This document shows, piece after piece, positions 21,277 to 30,226 of a stretch of DNA of 41,137 bases. Positions within the stretch are counted from its first letter, which is position 1. Every line of letters starts with the position of its first letter. Under the pieces are notes generated by a model, which searched no databases, was not told the DNA's origin, and saw only the letters and a list, made by a program, of their open reading frames with translations. Source of the DNA: Candidatus Adlerbacteria bacterium (lineage in GTDB: Bacteria; Patescibacteriota; Minisyncoccia; Phycocordibacterales; SBAW01); assembly GCA_026397405.1 (NCBI GenBank), contig JAPLUW010000001.1, positions 1-41,137 of the forward strand, read 5' to 3'. The translations under genes were made by a program, and so were the position numbers.

Positions 21277-21302
21277 CCTGCCTGCCGGCAGGCAGGTATA
21301 AT
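21277..21302 (+). promoter_or_regulatory. Perfect 20-bp GC-rich palindrome abutting a TATAAT box upstream of nrdA
   Basis: CCTGCCTGCC|GGCAGGCAGG (21277-21296) is followed immediately by TATAAT (21297-21302), about 60 nt upstream of the nrdA ATG. Confidence 0.4.
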
Positions 21303-21362
21303 GTATCTCCCACAGAAGAGTCATCAAAATTTTATTGAGTTTTTATTAGTAAGACACAGCAT

Positions 21363-24300
21363 ATGGCGATAACACAGAAAATAAAGAAGCGAAACGGAGA
21401 AATTGCAGACTTCCAACCAGAAAATATCACCATTGCTGTGCAAAAAGCCTTTGCTGCAACCTTGGGCGACAGCCACGAGGCTGATGCAAAAGACATCACC
21501 CGTGTTGTTGTCGACTCTATAGACTTGCAGTACGGCAACACTGCGTTTATCCCCTCGGTAGAAAATATTCAAGACTTGGTAGAAACGGCATTGATGGTCC
21601 GTAACTACTTTGGCGTTGCAAAGTCGTACATCATTTACCGCTACGAGCACGACAAAATCCGCGAAGAGAAAAAGGAAGAGATTGCCGAAAAAATTGCGGA
21701 CAATGCCCTCCTTATCACCAAGCGCGACGGCTCAAAAGAGCACTTTAGCGAACATAAACTCTCACGCACCCTTGCGCGTGCTGCAGAAGGTATGGAGAAT
21801 CTTATCGATGCAGGCTCTATCATTGCAAAAGTCCGCCAGGAAATGTACGACGGGATGAAGACAAAAGACATCCACGAAGTGCTCATTATGGTCGTCCGCT
21901 CGATGATCGAACGCGACCCGGCCCACTCGACTATTGCGGCGCGCTTGTTGTTGCAGTCCATGTACCGCGAAGTATTGGGCGATATCGACTACACACAAAT
22001 GGAAGAGGCACACCGCCAGGGCTTTGCACGCACTATTGCGCGCGGCGTAGAAATCGGGCAGTACGACCCACGTCTTGCCGACTTTGACCTTAAGGCGCTT
22101 GCAGAAGCGCTTGTGCTTGACCGTGACCGTGACTTTAGATATTTGGGACTCCAAACTCTGCAGGCAAACTATTTGTCTAAAGAACACAGCACTCGCAAAC
22201 TGCTTGAAAGCCCTCAGATATTCTGGATGCGCGTTGCTATGGGCTGTGCGCTTGCAGAAAAAACTCCCGAAGACCGTAACGCCCAGGCAATTGAATTTTA
22301 TGAAGTGATGTCGGCGATGTACTACACGCCGTCTTCCCCCACGCTGTACCACGCAGGACTTAAACTCCCACAACTCTCGTCTTGCTTCCTCTCCACAGTG
22401 CCCGACGACTTGCACGCTATCTTTAAACAGTATTCCGACGGCGCGCAGTTGTTGAAATACGCGGGAGGCTTGGGTACCGACTGGACCCCGATACGCGCAA
22501 CAGGCTCACTTATTAAGTCCACCGGAGTGGAGAGCCAGGGCGTTATCCCATTCCTTAAAATTGCTAACGACGTCACTATTTCTATTAACCGCTCAGGGCG
22601 CCGCAGAGGTGCTGCCGCAGTATATTTGGAATACTGGCACGCAGACATCGAAGACTTTATCGAGCTCCGCAAAAACACCGGCGACGAACGCCGCCGTGCC
22701 CACGACCTAAACACTGCAACCTGGATCCCTGACCTGTTTATGAAGCGCCTGGCCGAAGACGGCCACTGGTCGCTCTTTTCGCCTTCTGACGTGCCCGACT
22801 TGCACGACTTGTACGGAAAGAAGTTTGAAGAAGCCTACATTGCCTACGAACAATTGGGTGAAGCAGGCAAAATGCCAATGTTTAAACGTGTACGTGCCGC
22901 CGATCTCTGGAAAAAACATCTCACCATGTTGTTCGAGTCGGGCCACCCATGGATCACCTGGAAGGACCCGTCGAACGTCCGCTCACCACAAGACCATGTT
23001 GGCGTGGTGCACTCGTCTAACCTCTGCACCGAAATTACACTCAATACATCTGCAAACGAAACAGCGGTGTGCAACCTAGGTAGCATTAACATGTCAGCCT
23101 TTGTGCAGGGCGGAAAATTTGACCGCGAGCTTGTTGCGCGGATTATCCCGGTTGCGATGCGTATGCTCGACAACGTTATCGACGTCAACTTCTACCCAAC
23201 AGAAGACACTAAGCGCTCCAACATGCGCCACCGCCCAGTAGGCCTCGGGCTCCGCGGCTTGCAGGACGCACTGTACAAACTAAACATTAACTTCGACTCG
23301 GAAGCTGCGGTCCGTTTTTCTGACGAAAGTATGGAAACTATCGCCTACCACGCAATCCTTTCTTCTTCCCTGCTTGCAAAAGAACGCGGTACGTACGAAA
23401 CGTACAAGGGTAGCAAGTGGGACCGTGGGATTTTGCCACAAGACACGCTTGCCCTACTTGAACAGGAGCGCGGCACAAAAATAGACGTACCTCGCCACGA
23501 GACACTCAACTGGCAGTTGGTACGCGAAGCGGTGCGTATGTGGGGCATGCGTAACTCCAACACCATGGCAAACGCACCAACAGCATCGACCGCAAACATT
23601 GCCGGTTGCTACCCCACTATTGAACCTATCTACAAAAACTTGTACGTAAAGTCCAACATGGCGGGTGACTTTATGGTCGTCAACGAGTTCTTGGTAGACG
23701 ACTTGAAGAAGCTAGGGCTTTGGGGTGCCGACATGCTCGAGAAGATAAAATACTACGACGGCAGTATCCAAGAGATTTTGGAAATCCCCGAAGGTCTCCG
23801 CAGCAAATACAAAGAAGCGTTTGAGATAGACTCGCAGTGGCTCATTAAAGCAGCTGCACACCGTGGCCGCTGGATAGACCAGTCGCAGTCTTTAAACATC
23901 TTTTATAGTGGCACCTCTGGCAAAGTCCTTTCCGACATCTACCAGTACGCATGGGGCCTCGGGTTAAAAACAACGTACTACCTGCGTACTATGGGCGCGT
24001 CACGTATTGAAAAAGCAACAGTCGACATGAACAAATTTGGCGGCACCAGCAAAACAGACTCTGCTGGCAACATTGGGAGTGGTACTCCATCTACTGTACT
24101 GGTTGAAGAAACGCTTACCGTCACAACCATAAGCGACGTTGCTGGCGTCCCTATGCCGTCGCCACTTATTATGTCTACCGCTCCAGAAGTTGCAGTAGTA
24201 TCTGCGGCGGCAGTAGCCGGGGAGCAGTCACAAGGCATGACCGACCTGCTTGCGGGCGAGGCGGCACGTGAGAGGTTTAGCGCACCAGTGCGCATGGGCA

Positions 24301-24365
24301 AACAGTCTCCTACACTACGCCGCCCGGTTGAGATCTTGGGCGAGTGCGAAAGTTGCAGTGCATAA
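21363..24365 (+). CDS. nrdA: Class I ribonucleoside-diphosphate reductase alpha subunit with two N-terminal ATP-cones
   Basis: 1000 aa. It has two ATP-cone-like repeats (KKRNGEIADFQPENI..., TKRDGSKEHFSEHKL...), the catalytic NLCTEI block and a C-terminal CESC tail. Confidence 0.95.
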   Translation: MAITQKIKKRNGEIADFQPENITIAVQKAFAATLGDSHEADAKDITRVVVDSIDLQYGNTAFIPSVENIQDLVETALMVRNYFGVAKSYIIYRYEHDKIREEKKEEIAEKIADNALLITKRDGSKEHFSEHKLSRTLARAAEGMENLIDAGSIIAKVRQEMYDGMKTKDIHEVLIMVVRSMIERDPAHSTIAARLLLQSMYREVLGDIDYTQMEEAHRQGFARTIARGVEIGQYDPRLADFDLKALAEALVLDRDRDFRYLGLQTLQANYLSKEHSTRKLLESPQIFWMRVAMGCALAEKTPEDRNAQAIEFYEVMSAMYYTPSSPTLYHAGLKLPQLSSCFLSTVPDDLHAIFKQYSDGAQLLKYAGGLGTDWTPIRATGSLIKSTGVESQGVIPFLKIANDVTISINRSGRRRGAAAVYLEYWHADIEDFIELRKNTGDERRRAHDLNTATWIPDLFMKRLAEDGHWSLFSPSDVPDLHDLYGKKFEEAYIAYEQLGEAGKMPMFKRVRAADLWKKHLTMLFESGHPWITWKDPSNVRSPQDHVGVVHSSNLCTEITLNTSANETAVCNLGSINMSAFVQGGKFDRELVARIIPVAMRMLDNVIDVNFYPTEDTKRSNMRHRPVGLGLRGLQDALYKLNINFDSEAAVRFSDESMETIAYHAILSSSLLAKERGTYETYKGSKWDRGILPQDTLALLEQERGTKIDVPRHETLNWQLVREAVRMWGMRNSNTMANAPTASTANIAGCYPTIEPIYKNLYVKSNMAGDFMVVNEFLVDDLKKLGLWGADMLEKIKYYDGSIQEILEIPEGLRSKYKEAFEIDSQWLIKAAAHRGRWIDQSQSLNIFYSGTSGKVLSDIYQYAWGLGLKTTYYLRTMGASRIEKATVDMNKFGGTSKTDSAGNIGSGTPSTVLVEETLTVTTISDVAGVPMPSPLIMSTAPEVAVVSAAAVAGEQSQGMTDLLAGEAARERFSAPVRMGKQSPTLRRPVEILGECESCSA

Positions 24366-24405
24366 ATTTAGAAAAATAAACTTTTATTCTCTCACTCACT
24401 AGATT

Positions 24406-25398
24406 ATGGGTATCATCAACGGCGGCAGCAATACAGACCCGAATAAAATCCTCCCTATGCGCTACCCGTGGGCGCGCGTGCACTATAAAAAAGGCGTTGC
24501 AAACAACTGGGTACCGGAAGAGGTTTCCATGCAGCAAGACGTCGAGCTATGGAAAAAACCAGGCGCACTTTCGGAAGACGAACGTCGCATGATTTTGTGG
24601 AACCTTGGCTTTTTCTCTACTGCCGAGTCTTTGACCGCAAACAACTTGGTGCTGGCAATTTACCGCCACATAACTAACCCAGAAGCGCGCCAATACTTGC
24701 TGCGCCAAAGTTACGAAGAGGCCGTGCACACCGACACGTTCATATACTGCTGCGACACGCTAGGCCTCGACCCCGACGAGATCTACAACATGTACCAGAC
24801 GATTCCTTCCATTAAGGAAAAAGACGACTTTGTTGTCGAAATTACTAAGTCGGTGTTTGACCCGAACTTTACAACTGTCGGGACTGAAAATATCCAAAAG
24901 TTTGTGCACGACCTAGTTGGCTTCTACGTCATTATGGAAGGCGTCTTCTTTTACGCAGGCTTTGCGATGATGCTCTCGCTCTTGCGCAAAAACCGCATGG
25001 TAGGTATTGGCGAACAGTTCCAGTTTATACTCCGCGACGAGTCTATCCACTTGGCCTTTGGTGCTGACCTTATAAATACCATCGTGCAGGAAAACCCAGA
25101 AATCTGGACTCCGGAATTTAAACAGAAGCTTACTGACAACATTATAAAAGGTGCCGAACTTGAAAAAAAATATTCCGACGACGCACTACCACGCGGCATC
25201 CTTGGGCTTACCCCTTCTTCCGTTAAACAATATGTCGAGCACGTAACAGACCGCCGCTTGGAGCGCATTGGCCTTGACCGCCACTACCACAAAGAAAACC
25301 CGTTCCCGTGGATGTCTGAAATTATGGACGTCCCTAAAGAAAAAAACTTCTTCGAAACCCGCGTTACGGAATATAAAACTGGAGAGTTGGATTGGTAA
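24406..25398 (+). CDS. nrdB: Class I ribonucleotide reductase beta subunit
   Basis: 330 aa with di-iron/tyrosyl-radical ferritin-like motifs (EEAVHTDTF, FYAGF, RDESIHL). It lies directly downstream of nrdA. Confidence 0.9.
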   Translation: MGIINGGSNTDPNKILPMRYPWARVHYKKGVANNWVPEEVSMQQDVELWKKPGALSEDERRMILWNLGFFSTAESLTANNLVLAIYRHITNPEARQYLLRQSYEEAVHTDTFIYCCDTLGLDPDEIYNMYQTIPSIKEKDDFVVEITKSVFDPNFTTVGTENIQKFVHDLVGFYVIMEGVFFYAGFAMMLSLLRKNRMVGIGEQFQFILRDESIHLAFGADLINTIVQENPEIWTPEFKQKLTDNIIKGAELEKKYSDDALPRGILGLTPSSVKQYVEHVTDRRLERIGLDRHYHKENPFPWMSEIMDVPKEKNFFETRVTEYKTGELDW

Positions 25399-25422
25399 AA
25401 ATTAATATATAGAAAAACAGAA

Positions 25423-25474
25423 GGTCCGGCAGTCTTATGAGAAGACTGCCGGACCATTTTGCATCTTTTTTTTT
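25423..25474 (+). terminator. Intrinsic terminator of the nrdAB operon
   Basis: 14-bp perfect stem GGTCCGGCAGTCTT-atgag-AAGACTGCCGGACC followed by a T-rich tract. Confidence 0.8.
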
Positions 25475-25495
25475 AAAAGGCGATGCGAACCTTTA

Positions 25496-25585
25496 TTACG
25501 GGGTGAACGCCCCGTTTACAATCGACTGGTAGACCAGCAAGCTGGCCGCCACCAGAAGAATGACCTTGAATACCTTCCAAATCAT
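25496..25585 (-). CDS. 29-aa hydrophobic micro-ORF (MIWKVFKVILLVAASLLVYQSIVNGAFTP)
   Basis: Translated by hand. GGAG lies 7 nt upstream of the ATG on the minus strand and the peptide has a single TM-like segment. It is not in the ORF track. Confidence 0.35.
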   Translation of the reverse strand: MIWKVFKVILLVAASLLVYQSIVNGAFTP

Positions 25586-25680
25586 GAGTCTCTCCAAAGA
25601 GCCGTACAGTCCGGAATGAACTGTATGAAATTATATTATACTCTATTTGAATAGTTATGTCAAGGGTACTAAAACCCTTG

Positions 25681-26490
25681 TTATTTAAGGCTTTTTGAGG
25701 ACTCGTAGTCCCCTACTTTTGTGCGGAGGATGTGCAGGGCAAGGGCCGGGATTCCAAGGTCTTTACCCAACCCGTGTGCAATAGAGCGCGCGTAGGTGCC
25801 CGAAGAGCATGAAATTTTAATAGTTGCACAAGAGAATTCGCGGTCGCCGGTTGCACTCAACTTACGCTTCCACCCTGCGACAATTTCTTCTTGTCTAAAG
25901 TCGCCATGCACTTTGTCGACAGAGGTTTCTATGTAAGAAAGTAGTGCCGGTTCTTTTATTTTATAAATTCCCTCGAGCGTAATGTCATAAATGGTTACTG
26001 TTTTGCGCGGCAACACCAAAGCCCCCAAGGCACCTGCACGAGCCCATTCAAACAGCGACTTCCCTTCCACAGTTTTACTTGAGTACGGCGGATATTCTTG
26101 GCTGACATGCCCGCGGAATTCGTTTAAACCTTTTTCAATTGCTTTTTTTGTGAGCGCGGCCGTGTCGCCATTTTCCATAATGCGGCCAAGTGCGTCGTAG
26201 GTGTCTGTCGCAAATCCAAACAAGACATCAAGCACATATTCTTTGCTCATGTCCAAGTACGCCTCGCGCATTTTGTTTGCCGAACCTACCAAGGTAATCA
26301 TCACGCCTTCGGCCATGGGGTCCAAGCGGCCGGCATAGGAAAGCACTTCGTGCGCGTATTCGGGCTTTTGTGCGCGCAAACGGTCAAGTCTCTCACGTGG
26401 CGTCTCGCCCAGTTGTTTATATAAGTTAAGAACTTTGCCTCCCACCGTGCGGGGTACTACGTCGGAGTCTTTTTTGATGTCGTTCTGCAT
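25681..26490 (-). CDS. truB: tRNA pseudouridine synthase (TruB family)
   Basis: It has the catalytic-Asp motif GRLDPMAEGVM. The frame is open to 26538 and ATG 26490 (MQNDIKK) is the more likely start. Confidence 0.8.
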   Translation of the reverse strand: MQNDIKKDSDVVPRTVGGKVLNLYKQLGETPRERLDRLRAQKPEYAHEVLSYAGRLDPMAEGVMITLVGSANKMREAYLDMSKEYVLDVLFGFATDTYDALGRIMENGDTAALTKKAIEKGLNEFRGHVSQEYPPYSSKTVEGKSLFEWARAGALGALVLPRKTVTIYDITLEGIYKIKEPALLSYIETSVDKVHGDFRQEEIVAGWKRKLSATGDREFSCATIKISCSSGTYARSIAHGLGKDLGIPALALHILRTKVGDYESSKSLK

Positions 26491-26538
26491 AGATCGTGTA
26501 CAGGCTTTGTTTCTGTTACAATACCCGATATCAACCAT

Positions 26539-27798
26539 ATGAGCAAAAACGAGCCTTCAAAAGAAAAACTTTCGACCGAAAGCTATAAAGGCGTCCGCGA
26601 CTTCTACCCCGAAGATCAGGCATTTTTAAATTATTTATTTGCAACCTGTCGCACTGTTGCCAAGCGTTTTGGCTATGTCGAATACGGCGCGTCGATTCTC
26701 GAACCTGCAGAACTGTATAAAGCAAAAGGTGCCGACAACGAAGAACTCGTAAACGAACAGACGTACACCTTTACAGACAGGGGCGGCCGCGAGGTGACAC
26801 TGCGCCCTGAAATGACACCCACCGTGGCTCGCATGGTTTCGGCAAAGCGCCGCGAGCTTGGCTACCCACTACGCCTCTTTTCTATACCAAACCTCTTTCG
26901 CTACGAAAGGCCGCAACGTGGCCGCCTGCGCGAACACTGGCAGCTAAACGTCGACCTCTTTGGTTCACAAACGCGTGCTGCCGATGCCGAAATTATCCAA
27001 GTTGCCTACGAAATTTTGAAGGCCTTTGGTGCTGAGGAAAAAGATTTCGTCATAAAACTTGGCAGCCGCGCGTATATAGAGGCGCTTGCTGCGGAATGCG
27101 CATTGACCGAAGAAGATACTAGAAAATTGGTAGGGCTCCTCGACCGCAAAAACAAAATTGAGAAGAGCGAATTTGAAGCAGGTCTGGCAGAGCTGGGTGT
27201 CCCTCTAGAGAAATTAAATGGCGAACAAGTGCCGGCAGATGTGCAGGCAGTACTCGACACGCTCGCAGCAGGGGGCGTGGGCAATGCAGTATTTGACCCG
27301 TCTATTGTCCGTGGCTTTGCATACTACACAGGCGTGGTGTTTGAAGTGTACGACACGCACAAAGACAACAACCGCGCGCTTTTTGGCGGCGGCCGCTACG
27401 ACAACCTAACAGCCCTTTTTGACGACACTCCAATTGTTGGCGTTGGCTTTGGTATGGGCGACACGATGGTCTACCACTTTTTGGAAGTTCGCGGCCTCTT
27501 GCCAGCGTACAGCGCACCCACGCACGCATACCTGGCAGTTGCGACAGAGGCAGAAGTCCCGCACGCACTGGCAATTGCTGGCGAGCTACGTGCCGCAGGA
27601 GTAAATGTTGCAGTGGACTTTGGAGAAAAAAAGCTCGCCGACCAAATTAAAACAGCGGTTAAACACTCAATTCCCTACCTTATTGTTGTCGGGGCGAATG
27701 AGATAGCGTCAGGTACATTTGGTATCCGTAATTTGCTCAATGGTACCGAAGCGCCTCATACACGGGAAGAGCTTGCTGCATTTTTCCTTTCGCTCTAA
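26539..27798 (+). CDS. hisS: Histidine--tRNA ligase
   Basis: 419 aa with class II motifs including LFRYERPQRGRLREHWQ and GGGRYDNL, plus a C-terminal anticodon-binding domain. Confidence 0.93.
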   Translation: MSKNEPSKEKLSTESYKGVRDFYPEDQAFLNYLFATCRTVAKRFGYVEYGASILEPAELYKAKGADNEELVNEQTYTFTDRGGREVTLRPEMTPTVARMVSAKRRELGYPLRLFSIPNLFRYERPQRGRLREHWQLNVDLFGSQTRAADAEIIQVAYEILKAFGAEEKDFVIKLGSRAYIEALAAECALTEEDTRKLVGLLDRKNKIEKSEFEAGLAELGVPLEKLNGEQVPADVQAVLDTLAAGGVGNAVFDPSIVRGFAYYTGVVFEVYDTHKDNNRALFGGGRYDNLTALFDDTPIVGVGFGMGDTMVYHFLEVRGLLPAYSAPTHAYLAVATEAEVPHALAIAGELRAAGVNVAVDFGEKKLADQIKTAVKHSIPYLIVVGANEIASGTFGIRNLLNGTEAPHTREELAAFFLSL

Positions 27799-27815
27799 TC
27801 TAGCTCTTTTGTTGT

Positions 27816-28391
27816 ATGAGGATCATTACCTTTGATATTGAAACAACTGGCTCGACTGTTGGTGGTGCGTTCGACTTTGCGAGCCAAGAACTGACCATTT
27901 GTTGTGTGCATGACTCGGAGACCGGCGAATATTCGAGCTACCTAAAAGAAGAGCTGCCAAAAATGTGGGGTCTGTTTGAACGTGCAGACATTTTAGTTGG
28001 ATACAACTCCGACCACTTTGACATCCCAATTTTAAATAAATATTACTCCGGCGACCTGACCAAAATAAAAAGTGTCGACCTGCTTAAGGAAGTACGCGCC
28101 GTACTTGGCCGCCGCTTAAAAATGGACAACATTGCCGAAGCAACGCTTGGCCGCAATAAAACAGCGAGTGGCATGCAGGCAGTCACCTGGTGGGCCGAAG
28201 GCAAAGTCGACTTGGTGCGCCAGTACTGTATCGAAGACGTAAAAATAACAAAAGAACTGTACGACTACGCCAAAAAGCATAAGTCGCTAAAATACAAAGA
28301 CTTCGACGGTCCTCGCGAAATTAAACTAGACCCCTCGGGCTGGGAAAAACTGACCGAAGTAGCGGCCCTAAACCACACCCTCCCGTTTTAG
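27816..28391 (+). CDS. DnaQ-like / RNase H-fold 3'-5' exonuclease domain protein
   Basis: 191 aa with ExoI ITFDIETTG, ExoII YNSDHFDIPIL and a YCIEDV block. Confidence 0.7.
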   Translation: MRIITFDIETTGSTVGGAFDFASQELTICCVHDSETGEYSSYLKEELPKMWGLFERADILVGYNSDHFDIPILNKYYSGDLTKIKSVDLLKEVRAVLGRRLKMDNIAEATLGRNKTASGMQAVTWWAEGKVDLVRQYCIEDVKITKELYDYAKKHKSLKYKDFDGPREIKLDPSGWEKLTEVAALNHTLPF

Positions 28392-28434
28392 TGGGGCTGT
28401 GCTAAAATGCCTGTACTAGCCTAATTATAGACAT

Positions 28435-29142
28435 ATGAAATCCCAATACGTACTTCCTATTACTATTGTTGTCGCAGGGGCGCTTATCGCAGGAGCAGTC
28501 TTTTTTGTTGGTAAAAGTGGCGCTCCAAAAACAGACGGCACGTCAACCAAGATATCGGCGCGCGAATACGACTCATCAATTGACCACATTCTAGGCAACC
28601 CAGCAGCAGAGGTAAAAGTTGTGGAATATGCCGACCTCGAATGCCCGTTCTGCAAAACGTTTAACACAACCATGCACCAAATCATGGACTACTACGGTAC
28701 GTCGGGTAAAGTCGCGTGGGTATACCGCCCGTTCCCTCTTGGACAGCTCCACTCTAAGGCACCAAAAGAGGCTGAAGCGGCCGAATGTGCTGCAGACCAA
28801 GGAGGCGATGTTTCGTTCTATAAATATATCGACGGAGTGTATGCAATAACCCCGGGCGAAAATAACTTAGACCTTGCACAGCTCCCCGTTATTGCCAAAC
28901 AAATTGGTTTGAATGTCGACACCTTTAACCAGTGTCTTTCGAGTGGCAAATACACCAGCAAAATCCAGAAGAGCTACACAGAGGCAATTAACGAAGGCGG
29001 CCAGGGCACACCGTTTATCCTTATCATGATAGGTGGCGAAGCAGTAACCCTAAACGGCGCACAGCCATACGACTCGATGCGCGCAGCAATTGACGCAGTG
29101 CTCGGCAACCCAGTTACAACAGCCTCAACTACGGCACAGTAG
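28435..29142 (+). CDS. DsbA-family thiol:disulfide oxidoreductase, membrane-anchored
   Basis: 235 aa with an N-terminal TM anchor and the thioredoxin-fold active site CPFC. Confidence 0.8.
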   Translation: MKSQYVLPITIVVAGALIAGAVFFVGKSGAPKTDGTSTKISAREYDSSIDHILGNPAAEVKVVEYADLECPFCKTFNTTMHQIMDYYGTSGKVAWVYRPFPLGQLHSKAPKEAEAAECAADQGGDVSFYKYIDGVYAITPGENNLDLAQLPVIAKQIGLNVDTFNQCLSSGKYTSKIQKSYTEAINEGGQGTPFILIMIGGEAVTLNGAQPYDSMRAAIDAVLGNPVTTASTTAQ

Positions 29143-29240
29143 AGAAAATAGAAGCTACGGAGCGACAAAGAGCTTAAAAAGAGGGTTAGACTTGGGCTAG
29201 CGCCCCGGAGCGCACTCTTTTTAGGCTCTTTTCGCGTAAG

Positions 29241-30122
29241 CTATTTGTCGGGCCTAAAATGCGCGTCGTAGGCTTCTGGGGGTAAGTTGATGCGGTAAAT
29301 GTCGAACGAGTTCTCCCCTTCAAACATGTCCGACGGGTTTGGCAAAAAGACGGGGTTACGCTCAAGCGCAGCCGTTGCATCGCGCACCAGGCGGTTAAAA
29401 ATAATAAATTCTTGTTTAAAGGTGCGGAAGTCGATAACATATTTGCGCATTTGCGGCTTACCGTCTGCGTTGCGCGACTTTTTACATTCGTGCACCACAA
29501 AACGTCGCACTGGTTTATTAAAACTTTTTTTGACCGTGTAGTAGTTAAATATCGCTTGTATCACAAAAAGCGACTTATTTGCCCCCAGCCCGCTAAAATG
29601 GTCGACAAATTTGTGGTCTATAACATCAACCCCTTTCGGGTCTACGGCCGACTGCACCACCAGGTCGGACACGGCTTTAATCGGCAGTGGCAGACCCTCC
29701 ACCTGTGCCATACCTTTAAACTCGACACCAAGCACTTTTTTGTATCTAGGCGGCTTGGCCAAGTAAAACCCTACGGCCTGCAGGTAGTCGCGCTCCATCT
29801 GTTCGCGCTTCTTTTTTATTGCGGTTTTTGTTTTTGCTTTGCCAAAATTAATTTCAAAATCAGCAACGTTGCGCAGATATTCCATCCCCAGCTCAACCGC
29901 GCCTTCTTTAGGTATACCTCCGTAGTAGTGCTGCAAGGCTACATGCCCTGCCCGCCCAACAACGGACGACGGCCCGGACGGCATGTCATACACTTGCTCG
30001 ACATAGCGCTTGTACCACGCCAGCGGGTTGCGCAGATACGCCATAAGCGAGCTGTGGCTCCAGTGCTTGATAGGTACTTCCAGCAATTTTTGTTTCTTCT
30101 TGGTAGCGCCCTTTTTTGCCAT
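29241..30122 (-). CDS. PD-(D/E)XK nuclease-superfamily protein (RecB/Cas4-like fold)
   Basis: It has WSHSSLMAYLRNPLAWY, GRAGHVALQ, DLVV...GVDVIDHKF (D...D/ExK) and QAIFNYY. On the minus strand, TATACT plus 6 nt precedes ATG 30122 (MAKKG). The ORF track opens this frame at 30137. Confidence 0.65.
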   Translation of the reverse strand: MAKKGATKKKQKLLEVPIKHWSHSSLMAYLRNPLAWYKRYVEQVYDMPSGPSSVVGRAGHVALQHYYGGIPKEGAVELGMEYLRNVADFEINFGKAKTKTAIKKKREQMERDYLQAVGFYLAKPPRYKKVLGVEFKGMAQVEGLPLPIKAVSDLVVQSAVDPKGVDVIDHKFVDHFSGLGANKSLFVIQAIFNYYTVKKSFNKPVRRFVVHECKKSRNADGKPQMRKYVIDFRTFKQEFIIFNRLVRDATAALERNPVFLPNPSDMFEGENSFDIYRINLPPEAYDAHFRPDK

Positions 30123-30182
30123 GTCTTTAGTATACAAAATTCAAGAACCTACAGTAGCAAGGACTACCCTTGCTAGTTTTTT

Positions 30183-30220
30183 CCAAAAGAAAAACCTCTC
30201 CTGGAGAGCGGGAGAGGTTT
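30183..30220 (-). terminator. Intrinsic terminator of the 30227..30730 gene
   Basis: On the minus strand, AAACCTCTCC-loop-GGAGAGGTTT is followed by TTCTTTTGG. Confidence 0.65.
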
Positions 30221-30226
30221 GGTAGG

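Noticed and set aside
21161-21362. NrdR boxes upstream of nrdA
   Set aside because: Only isolated ACAC/CACA half-sites are present. There is no 16-bp palindrome pair at the expected ~31-bp spacing.
29412-30176. 254-aa plus-strand ORF opposite the PD-(D/E)XK nuclease gene
   Set aside because: It is an antisense shadow. The minus-strand product has recognisable nuclease motifs and a TATACT plus 6 nt start context.
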